Source: Catajapyx aquilonaris (Eukaryota). Taken from it: a stretch of DNA of 31,019 nt. The stretch covers positions 62,001 to 93,019 of the forward strand of contig KZ538243.1 of NCBI GenBank assembly GCA_000934665.2, read 5' to 3'. The position numbers and the translations under genes are program-made. Shown piece after piece: positions 1-10,125 of this stretch. Under the pieces are notes generated by a model that did no database searches, was not told where the DNA came from, and saw only the letters and a program-made list of their open reading frames with translations. The first letter of the stretch is position 1; each line of letters starts with the position of its first letter.

Positions 1-954
1 CCTGCTTCGGTGGTCCTACGGTACAGTGATCTTCAATTTCATGGACTGAGTCGTATAAAATTGTAATATCACATTCTGCTGATAGATTTAACTACTGGAC
101 AATGATAAAATAAACCAAGGCTACTGCTGAGTCAATGTGTGTGGCATCCTCAGATATGGTATAACATTGCACTGTGCAAACTGAACTAAACAGGTGTCCT
201 TCACAGTCATGTCATTGCCACTCCTTTATTGACATACACGAATATCAGCATGCTTCTACTTACAAGATGTAACAGGTAATGCTACCTTTACCAGATCCTT
301 TTTTATAATTATTCTGCCTCATATATTGAAAATCTATTCACAATTTCAAATACTGTAACCCTAGGGCATTGAAAACGCCCCTGCAGATAAAATTGACGGA
401 ATCGCCCAATTTAAACATAGTAGCAGAGTATTTCAGATGCATTCCAGTATGACTCTGCTTGCATTGTGTGGCGCCAGGTTGACAGCGCACATAGAAATGA
501 GAGGTGACCTATTTTCTTTCGGTACACCCTGACCAGGTGGCCATACCCACTGGAAGGAAGCTCTCAGTGTCCACCTGTCAGAGATACGAACTACTCTGTA
601 ACAAAATCAGTCAATTAAGGTCCTTCGATACATCAAACTTGTCTTTAGAACTGAATGGGTCCACTACATACAGGTCTCACAGTATTAATTTAATAATTTT
701 AAAATATGAATAGGGCCTGCGAGGCATAGCATAGGCAGTTATTAGTGCTTCTAGGTCTGTGATACAGCAAGAAACCTTACGTCCATGGGCAGGGTAAAAT
801 GCAAGGTGCAGATGCAATGTCGGTCTGGGTCACCAAGGGTTTGGTACGGTTTGGAACCACTAGTTTTACCTGATAATGTGAACATCCTTTTGGCAATTAT
901 TTTAAGGTAATGAAGACAAACTCCTCACATTAAAAATGCACTTGCCTTCTCAGT

Positions 955-960
955 TTTAAT
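955..960 (-). promoter_or_regulatory. Probable FTSJ1 polyadenylation signal (ATTAAA)
   Basis: ATTAAA on the minus strand about 10 nt after the stop codon. Confidence 0.4.
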
Positions 961-970
961 TAAAAGCAGT

Positions 971-1679
971 TTATGTGTTACTTCCATCACCCAATACAAC
1001 TTCCTCAACTTTCCCCTCCTTCTTTCTTCTTACGGCTTCTTCATATGGTGGGTGTATTGGAACCTGTGTTGGTTCATGATACTCATACTTCTTCTCCCCA
1101 ATTTCCAAAGGATAGGTCACATCAGAATCCCATCCACTCAAGTCTCCACACACAACAAATGGGACAATCTTCTTGTTAGGTCCTTCTAAGGCATTCAAAT
1201 CCAACTGGTCATTACCCAGCAGAGGGTTCAGCATTGTCGGTATGTATCCTTCCGGTGGTGAATACTTACGACAAACGACAAATGCTTCGATGCTCGAGTT
1301 CCTCGAGCTCTTAGGTTTACAAATGGAGACGTCTTTAAAAAAGCAATGCATCTGTGCATACAGCGGGGTCATGTCCTTGCCTCTGAACATCTTGGCCACA
1401 AACGAACCATTTGGTTTCAGTATATGCGTGGTTATGTTCAAAGCAGCCAACAAGAGCTGCGCCTGCACATATATATCCATGCTGTGGTAGCCAGTCACAT
1501 CCGGAGCACCATCGGATACTACAAGATCAGCCTTCTCACCCTCAAAGTGTCCAATTATTTCCTGCGCCGTGGACAGCTTGGTGATGTCACCTTGCAACTG
1601 GATTACTCCTGGAATAGGCGACATGGACTGCAGGTCCACTGCTACTATTTTGATCATCCTAGGGTCAGCCGCAGCACCT
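971..1679 (-). CDS. FTSJ1: FTSJ1 coding exon 3 (709 nt, includes TAA stop)
   Basis: Acceptor TTTTCAG; continuous family similarity through PIHPPYEEA; stop at 973-971. Confidence 0.95.
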
Positions 1680-2329
1680 CTGAAAATGAGATCCCATTCA
1701 GTTACTCCAGTCACAAAAAGCAAGCAATCCTGGCCCTTGAAAAGTCCACTGGAAGTGAACTTACCGCAACTTCTTTGACAGGACTTGGCTCCAGCTTCCT
1801 GGTGCCGCACAGAGGTCGACCACTCTGGTAACACCTGAAACATACAATCCAACTTTACTTTCAGGAACTGCCCACGAGCACTCAATCTTAGTGTCATTGT
1901 CTTTACGTGCTGATCTTATGATGCAATGTGCAGAAACTTGCATATGGCCTAAGAAGGTGCCCAATATTACATTTTTTAAATGCATAAAAATCATTTAGGC
2001 AAATCACTATGATGAAACAGGACTACTAACAGGAGACACAAGTTACATGACAAAATTTCTTATTATTCCTGCTCTTCCATCTCATTTACTCATGCCATTA
2101 TATTTTAACGTGATTCTTTCCCATTTTAAAAGCTCTACAATATATTTCACAATTAGGAAATGGCAAACTGTCACCCGAAACATCATGTTCAAACAGTTTC
2201 AAACCAACCGTCAAATATGTGGAACCGTTCATTGATGTGCATCAACTTGAACGCGCTTCTCGCCCTCCAGCCCTCCTCCTTCGCCATACGGTAGTACACA
2301 TCCCGCTTATCCTTCGACGCCCGTCCCAT
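971..2329 (-). CDS. FTSJ1: tRNA (cytidine32/guanosine34-2'-O)-methyltransferase, FtsJ/RrmJ family; spliced CDS join(2329-2209,1834-1765,1679-971), 900 nt = 299 aa + stop
   Basis: Spliced translation [29 protein letters not shown]...[14 protein letters not shown]...VAVDLQ...DGAPDVTG...FVAKMFRG...[16 protein letters not shown] matches the FTSJ1/Trm7 family, including the K-D-K-E tetrad. Both introns are GT-AG and the frame is preserved. Confidence 0.97.
1765..1834 (-). CDS. FTSJ1: FTSJ1 coding exon 2 (70 nt)
   Basis: Acceptor TTTCAG; encodes (G)[22 protein letters not shown](R), the SAM-binding motif; donor GTAAGT at 1764. Confidence 0.95.
2209..2329 (-). CDS. FTSJ1: FTSJ1 coding exon 1 (121 nt)
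   Basis: ATG at 2329; encodes [10 protein letters not shown]...FHIFD; donor G|GTTGGT at 2208. Confidence 0.93.
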
Positions 2330-2520
2330 CCTCTTCCAAGCACTAAAACCACCAAAAATTAACAACAATCCGCAAAAATCATCCAAAAAACGTGGCGAAA
2401 ATCGACGCCATATTGGAACCAGCCGTAAGTAGCAATCGCCGCTTATCAAGTAGCTATTAATAACGACCTGTTATTGTTATTAATAACAACATGTTAATTA
2501 ATAGCCAGTTAATTCAAATT
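2330..2520 (-). promoter_or_regulatory. FTSJ1 promoter/5' region
   Basis: CpG-rich stretch upstream of the ATG, TTTTAG acceptor-like site at 2348-2343, AT-rich palindrome at 2453-2505. Confidence 0.5.
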
Positions 2521-3967
2521 TGAGTAAAATTTTTAATTGTAATTAGTTAATAGTCCTAATTTGGAACATGGGAACTACTGCCATCTGTCCGTTGCAGCTC
2601 GGACCTCCTGCAAGTGCTGCCCTCTTCTCGCCAAAGTGGTCCTGACGCTACTGCCACCTGTCGGCCAGACTTTTCCCTAACTGGTCCGAACAGTGAAAAG
2701 TTTTTTGAAAGTTAACCAGCATTTCTTTATAATTTAAAGTTCCTGCACACATTATTCGGGAACAATTACTCTGTACCAAATGCAGAGCAACACCAGCATC
2801 GGAACAGCCTTGGACCGAACCACAAGAGGTAACTAGGTGGCTTGAAAGAAAAGGAAAGAAAAAAAAAAAAGGTGAAAAGAAAAATTCCGGTGGCAGTGAA
2901 AAGAAAAAGAAAAAAAAAACTGGTTTAAAACCAGACAAATGAGCATCGGACACAACATGGCATGTATGGTGTTGAGACAAAAAATAATTAATAAAAATTA
3001 AATATAATTGAATGAGGGTTCTAAACTAGTTGTACGGAGTGTACCTAGCTGCCTGGAAGTACAGGGTTTAACGGAATGCTGTTCTGTTGACAGGTTGTGC
3101 TGCGGAATGTCGTGGAGATGACCGGTGAGTTGGACCATTTGCGACAATTTGCGACATGCGCATAGCGCACGACTGAAGCGAGGGTCCGCATGTACTGGCT
3201 GCCGTCAATGAGTAGTGCACGTTACTGGCACGTTCCGGATGGAAAATGTGACCTGGTGGCGGTGGAGTTGGAACGGGATAACCTCGGGAATAACCTTAAG
3301 AACCTGTTACACATTGGCATTGTCACATGTGAAACGACTCTTTGCCGACAAATCTCTGACAGCACAAGATTGCAACTAATGTACGGAAAACAAGAGAACG
3401 ATCTGACGTCAGCGTCGTTGCTTTTTGTTGACACTGTTTATTCATATTGTTCTGTGAGAATATTTCCATGGTAACCTCGATGACGTTAGATCGTTCTCTC
3501 ATTTTCTGTACATTACCAGCTTTAGAAGCCATGCTACTCTTTGGCGAATGAAGTGGGGCGTGGCGTAGAAGTATTTGTTGCAAGTCGCTGTGCAGAAGGT
3601 GACTGTTGGTCACAAGATTTTGTCACAATATGTTTGTTTCATGCGTAACGAGGCCTCTAGATTATAATAAATGGCATGTTAGTATGGTAATTTGAAATAC
3701 ACATGATTAGTTAAATGGTCATAATCTTGGTTACTTACAGTTAGTGATACTTTCATGACTGCGTAAATGATGCACTGCCATGGTTATGGCCATCCAATCA
3801 CCATGATCGTAAACTATGTAGGCACATTACATGCCACTTTTGAGGTCATACAGTGAAAGCTGTCCACAGCAGAAATGCTATTTTTTTTTTCTTCAAAATT
3901 AACAAGTTTCCATTATAAGCGACAGAAATACATAATTTAAAATCATCTATCATGATTAACAAAAACA

Positions 3968-4311
3968 CACTGTACTCCCAATTATCCATGCAAGTGAATG
4001 CATGGCTGTATCAGGAAAATTGGAAAACACGGATAATGTGAAAATGTTTTTAGAAGCCATAAAAATGAACTAAGAGGTTTTAAATGAACAACTATACATA
4101 GTGTATTCTCATTTAATATGTTTTAATCAATATTATAAAACATACCTTAGATTTTTAGTTAGTGTTCTTGAAGAAGGCTGTTATTTTTCTTTGTTTGCGA
4201 GACATATTGACATTATTTTGGACTTTCATTTCTAATCTCTTTTTGGCGATGCACGGATAATAATCCACAACACAGATAATCCGCACCTGGATAATAATCA
4301 GAAGTACACTG
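3968..4311 (-). mobile_element. Degenerate pogo/Tigger-type non-autonomous DNA transposon
   Basis: Imperfect TIRs cactgtactcccaattatcc / ggataat...agtacactg followed by TA; the minus strand retains a transposase C-terminal PIP-like motif KQRKITAFFK. Confidence 0.7.
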
Positions 4312-5306
4312 TACTGCACTTTACAATGACAATGCAATGATATAGACTTTTCACTGATAAAGGCTTTAACTAACCTATGCACCTGTAAATGCTACATTAA
4401 TGACGATGACAACTAAAGCAATTCTTTGTCATACAATGTGGCACAATGACCAAATTTGTGTTTCTATGAGGTAAGGGATATTGAAAAAGATACGCATATT
4501 TAGTCCTAACGACAAGTTTCAGAGAATCGACCTGCTGGTAGTAACATACCAGAGCACATTCACTTGTCCTGATTGTTGCTTCTCTTCTCTACACTAGTTG
4601 GGCTAATACATCTGCCAAACCAAAAAGTACATGAGGAGAATCGTTGGTAGTAAACCTCATTGTCAATTGGAATTTCTTGGTTTTTATTTTCTGTTTGAAT
4701 ATGACTGTATGTTTATGTGTGACTCTTAATCAGAGATGCCTGCCTAATTGATTTTACATGCACTGTTTGATCACAAGCTACTTAGTAGTTGTATTGGTGT
4801 GGGGCCACCTTGGATATGCACATGTGGTGGGTTAGAAGTGTGCTATAAATACCAATACATTTAGCAAGACCCATTTGTTGATAGAGCTAGTTATCGATTT
4901 GTGGGTAGTACCTTGAGATGTCAGGTTATGAGTGTTAATAACCAACATGATAGTGTACATGATGATTATAGCACAGCCAGTATTATAAGCGCCATTCTCA
5001 TGAATGCGCAACATAACAATATGAGAATCCTGCCAATGGCTACAGAAAGTACCAGTTTTACCCCATTTCACATTAACGCGGTTTTAAAATTACATTTAAC
5101 ATTTTTAAATTGAAAAATTGTGCAGAATTTGACGATAACAACACAATCTGGACATAAACACATCAGTGCAACACTTTTGTGTCCAAACACGTGACCATAA
5201 ATGCACTTTTTTGTTTTTCGTGGTGCCTTGTGGAGGGGTCTATTTATAAATTCAGTACTGCATTGTTGGTCTCGGCACTCTCCGAAGTCCGTTAAATACC
5301 CTACGT

Positions 5307-5697
5307 CAGTGGTCCCCAACCCCCGGGCCGCGGACCGGTACCGGTCCGTGGATCAAATGGTACCGGGCCGCCCAATTATTTCCATTTCATTTTTTTTTCT
5401 ACATTTATCGATATATCGTCTGATCTGGGGCCGTGGTACGGTATTTCTGGCCTTGGCAGGGTATTTCCAACGCTATACCCCTAGATGGAACCGTCTCGTT
5501 GCAAAGAAACAAGCTCAGGGTTCTCATTGATTTTGCGTTCAAGTGAGGTGACATGTTCAATCACTTTATATTCATTTTTTGGTGTAACTATATTTTATTT
5601 TGAAGCCATGTTTAAGTANCCCCCCCCCCTCAGCGGGCCGTGGTAAAATTATCAAACGTTGACCGGTCCGGGGCGATAAAAAGGTTGGGGACCACTG
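5307..5697 (+). mobile_element. hAT/Charlie-family MITE (391 bp)
   Basis: TIR CAGTGGTCCCCAACC / GGTTGGGGACCACTG; perfect 8-bp TSD CCCTACGT (5299-5306, 5698-5705); internal Charlie-type transposase C-terminus PRWNRLVAKKQAQGSH*. Confidence 0.95.
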
Positions 5698-6599
5698 CCC
5701 TACGTCTACTGCAGTTCTTGCCAAAAGAAGGGAAGAACCCGATGACCCTCAGCCTGGAACCTCCCATTAAATGTGCATAATAAATGTTTCAAATGGTCAG
5801 CAATTTACACCAAAATACACCAATTTAAGTACTGTCTGAGGGAAAATTTTGGAAATCTTGGAACCTAACTCATTTACGGCTCGTACTTCCATTAGAATCT
5901 TGTCTCGTTTTACACTTTTCACTTTAAGCCGCATTTTGCTGGAACCAATTACCGACATAATCTCTCCTTTTGCACTGTCATTTATTTATTCAAAATTGAT
6001 TTTGTTCCACAGATTTCTCATTAAAACGCCCTTGATATAAATTATGTTGCTCTCACCTGTATACATTTTATCTGAAGGGAAGCATAATTAGAATTAAGAG
6101 AAGCTAATTGCAGCACGTAAGTTGTCACAGTATTGGGTTGAAGATTGTACAGGCATAAGCATAAATATGGAAGCAGCCTGGTTATGGATCTCCAACAAGT
6201 TCCACAGGAAAATGGCATTTGCTCTGATGTGCATGACCCTACAGTAACTATCATCATAACCATGGGAATAGTCACTAGCTTTAGAGTTAGCCTATGCGGC
6301 ACACAGATTACTGGGGTTCTTGCTTGGAAACCCCAAGGTCTCTATGAGGGTATAACAAATTGACCTCTTTGGATGTACCTGTTACCAATTACCCTGCACA
6401 TGAATAAATGCTGTATAGTATGGGTCAAGTGCAGCTGTGCAGGTCTACCATCCATGAACATGTAGAATGATTGCAAAGAAGCTGCTTGCAAGTTCTGAAA
6501 TGAATAGCGGTACGTGAAATATGCATTTTTTGTGGTAGTTTCGTATTGAAACAATTCAGTATGAGTTCAATCTCACTATTTAGAAAGGAATTTCAAATA

Positions 6600-6983
6600 C
6601 AGTTGACTCCGGATGTAACAGCCTCGGTTATAACGGACTTTCGGTTAAAACATACGCGAAAGGCCGGTCCCGCCATATTTCCATATGGTCCTGTGTATTT
6701 TTGTTCCTGCTATAACAGACTCATTTTCACGTCACCTCAGGCTGTAACAGACTATTTTTTGGCCCCCTGAAGGGAAAACATGCTGATTTTGATTATTCAA
6801 CTTTCTTTCCCATGCCAGGAAGGCAGAGAATAAATAAATGTAGTGTAGAGTGCATTATAAGCATATTGAAAGCATAAAACTTGTGTATTCGTTGCAAAAG
6901 GGATGATTGGGCTCAAACCTTGGTTATTATAACAGACATTTTTGTCATGGTCCCGTGAAGTCTGTTATATCTGGAGTCAACTA
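6600..6983 (+). mobile_element. Tc1/mariner (pogo/Tigger-like) MITE, copy 1
   Basis: TIRs CAGTTGACTCCGGATGTAACAG / CTGTTATATCTGGAGTCAACTA, TA flanks, repeated subterminal TATAAC motifs. Confidence 0.85.
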
Positions 6984-8384
6984 TAATTGCAACAGACACC
7001 ACATAATTACAGTCAACTGCATATACATGGAGTCATTTTGAAAGGAGGATAAAATATGTGCTTCCACTTCTGAAATAATTGCTTAGGGACATACAGTGCT
7101 TGTTTGTTTATTTGAGCTGTTGCATAAATATTCTGCTTCTGCTGTATAACAGTGGCTGCTTTTCCTGCCTCCCCTCTACATGCATTCAAAAACAACATAT
7201 TTCTGCATTTTAAAATGTCACAACGAATCCACATCACACACCATAACAACTGAGATACCACTGAAAATAGCGTGCCAATGTACCCATACTGGCATAGTTT
7301 TGGCATTTAAAAAACATACAGTACGTAAACATTCCAGTGATTGACTTTATTCGACCACAATTGATTAATAAATAATTTAGTGCTATCATTCTGGATAATT
7401 AATTGTGGAACATAATCAAAGGTTTGCCTATACCTGGGGACCTGGGGCACCTTGGATGCCACCTGAGGCCAACAGATGGCAGGAGAGGTCTGCTTGTCCA
7501 TCATATACCTGTGAAGTGTGCTTCAATGGAAATTTTCATTATTTTTGTACATCACGAATTTTTTCTGGATTCCTGATTTTGGTACCGAGTTTCTAATTAA
7601 TATTTTTCATAGACATGGCACGTCCAGGCACGAGACCATATATACCCAACTCCGTAGTTAAGTGAAAAATACGCCGTGGACTTCTACCACGTTTCTCACG
7701 AAAACATTTGTGTGAATTGCCTCGGCTCTCCATTTGTGTTCACGCAGCCTTAATTCATCATTGATGACAAATAGATGGTACTTGCCTACCCCTTACCCTT
7801 TCCCCCCTCCTCTCCCCCCCAAAATTTTTTTAGTCCCTGTGTTAAACTTCCCAAAGTTTAGCTTCTCCTCCTTGGTCAGTTGATGGCAAACAAACGAGGA
7901 AAGTTGGGGAAGAAGGAGAATCATTAGTCACTCCAGGGCCCTTTTCTAAGTGGCAGGGAATGGTTTTGGCCTGGGCGAACGGATGAAAAATGGCGAACTT
8001 CTCACCTGGACTTGTGGTAAAGTTCCCATTTGGTCTGGGAAACTCTGGAAGCTTTTCCTTAGGGTGGGGTTCCCTCTGGACTTGGATGCTGTGCGAAGGA
8101 GTAATTTTCCCCTGGAAAAAAATTAGCAAGGATGTGTCTCTGCTAATTACCCTCCTGGTTGGGCTATGGGAGGCGATGCAGGTTGTGCTCTAATTTATAG
8201 ACCGGTAAATTTGTTACTTTGTGCTAGAGGTACTGGTATAGGTTACAGTGTATTACTGTGATGTATTAGTTGAAGAACTATCACCCTGTACTGTAATTCA
8301 TGTACCTATTCTGGACGTGGTACTTTGTGATCAACAAAATATAGTCTGTGGTAGTCTACTGTCTTGTAGGCAGCGCATTGTTCA

Positions 8385-8593
8385 GATGTACTGACTTGAA
8401 AATGGTACACTATAATTGGTGTACTGACTTGAAAATGGTACACTATAATTGGTGTACTGACTTGAAAATGGTACACTATAATTTATTGGTGTACTGACTT
8501 GAAAATGGTACACTATAATTGATGTGCTGACTTGAAAATGGTACACTATAATTGATGTGCTGACTTGAAAATGGTACACTATAATTGATGTAC
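8385..8593. repeat. 33-bp minisatellite, ~6.2 copies (g[a/g]tgt[a/g]ctgacttgaaaatggtacactataatt)
   Basis: Units start at 8385, 8418, 8451 (with a 4-nt insertion), 8488, 8521 and 8554. Confidence 0.97.
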
Positions 8594-9993
8594 CATCATG
8601 TACAGGCTTGGGCGTCAAATACCGTCTACAGTACTGATTTGTAGACAGTATTTGTTCATTATAAGTCATAACATTTCAAAGTCGCGGTACATGAATTACA
8701 GTGTACTTTTAAAATACCCAATGGACACTTATGACAGTCATTTCTAATTGCAGAGTTACACCAGCAATGAGCAAGCCCAAAGACGTTATGACAGGTAGGT
8801 CTATCTTATTTTGCTGTTTGTTTTGGCAATGTGCGACAGCTGTTTATGCCAAGTTGGCAACAGTGTCGCATCATGCGCCACCTGTGTTGACACTGAACCA
8901 TGGAAGAATCATTGTAAAAAAAAAAAGGGTCTCGTCTGCTAGGGTTGATCTCATTATGCATATAACGCGTCGTAAACTAGCGGCGACGTCGCTAGCAAAT
9001 TGCAGGGATTGACAACAAGGGCGGCCCATGGCACGTGCGAAACTAACGTTGCCAGATTTTTTTTGGAAAGGATGGGGGGGGGGGGGGGGGTNNNNNNCAA
9101 ATAAACACCCTTCGAAGGGGGGGTTGATTACACCCAACACCTGGTTGCACCTGGAGGATTATTGAGTGTAGGGTCATCATTCTTGGAGGATGCGATTAAT
9201 AAAGAGGGGGTGGCTAATGGCAGGTTTAATTGCGGATGAATCACTTGGCATGTGTCGCAACAATGTTGCAACCAGATGGTGATTACATTTTTTTGAAATA
9301 TTTAAAATAATAAAATTGTCAACTTCGAGGCAGGTCATCCCCTACCCGACGAATCAAATCGACCCATGATAAGGCCAGCTTGTGCCAATGTGCATCTGTC
9401 CACCCCCACAGCCCCATCGAGTTTTAGGTGGTGGTCCCCCCTCACCCTCCAGAGTCCTCACCCCTCATACACTCAACTTCCCCAACGGTTGTACACCAAA
9501 AAGGGTGGCCTATGCCATAGGGGAGGGTTTACAAAAGACCCTGGGTTTGGGGGGGTCAGTGGTACGCCAGCAGTCGTCGATGCACAAGTGGTAGAGGATG
9601 TTGCTGTTGCCGTCGGAAGATACCAGGATGGCCCTGCTCTATATGGTGAGTTTTTTGAAAGTGTCGCAATAATGAGAAAGCAAGTTTTTGAATCGCGCAG
9701 CACGTGATTTGAAAATGTGAACGCATGAATCTGGCGTTCCCACGTTTCACCTGGAGTTCTCTCTCTCCTTTCATTTCACATCGTCAATCAATAGCATGTT
9801 TGACCACTGGCTGGCGAGGGCCTGTTTCCGTGCGGGAAGTTTGCAGTTAGCATTGTTGTGTCGTTTTGTTCTTTATAAGGGGTTCCAGGCAAGTGTAGGC
9901 TTCGGGAGTAGGTGACGGAATAGCCTGAGGGAAATTTGTACAGTCACGAGCAAAGATATGGGGACATGGTGGTGCAAACCCAACAAATAATTA

Positions 9994-10125
9994 CGTATTT
10001 GATGGCATATAAGATGCCCCCCCAAAAAAAGCCAAAAAATTCGCCGTGCGTCTTATATGCGAAAATACACTTAAACCCCTTTTTTCCCTAAATATGATCT
10101 CCGTCTTATATTCTGTTAAATAAGG
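9994..10125. mobile_element. Short degenerate Tc2/pogo-like MITE
   Basis: Imperfect inverted ends cgtatttgatggcatataagatg / cgtcttatattctgttaaataagg with TA flanks and an internal repeat of cgtcttatat. Confidence 0.5.

Noticed and set aside
437..503. Plus-strand TTTCAG-led candidate exon (AFQYDSACIVWRQVDSAHRNE)
   Set aside because: Weak donor, and no consistent neighbouring exons or recognisable homology within the window
1680..1897. N-terminal part of the 308-aa ORF 971..1897
   Set aside because: It reads through intron 2 and exon 2 in the wrong frame; the real N-terminus comes from spliced exons 1 and 2
2009..2040. Box C motif (ATGATGA) in FTSJ1 intron 1 as a snoRNA
   Set aside because: Antisense to the host gene, with no suitably placed box D or terminal stem
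8385..8593. CRISPR-like array
   Set aside because: Contiguous tandem units with no unique spacers, in a eukaryotic context
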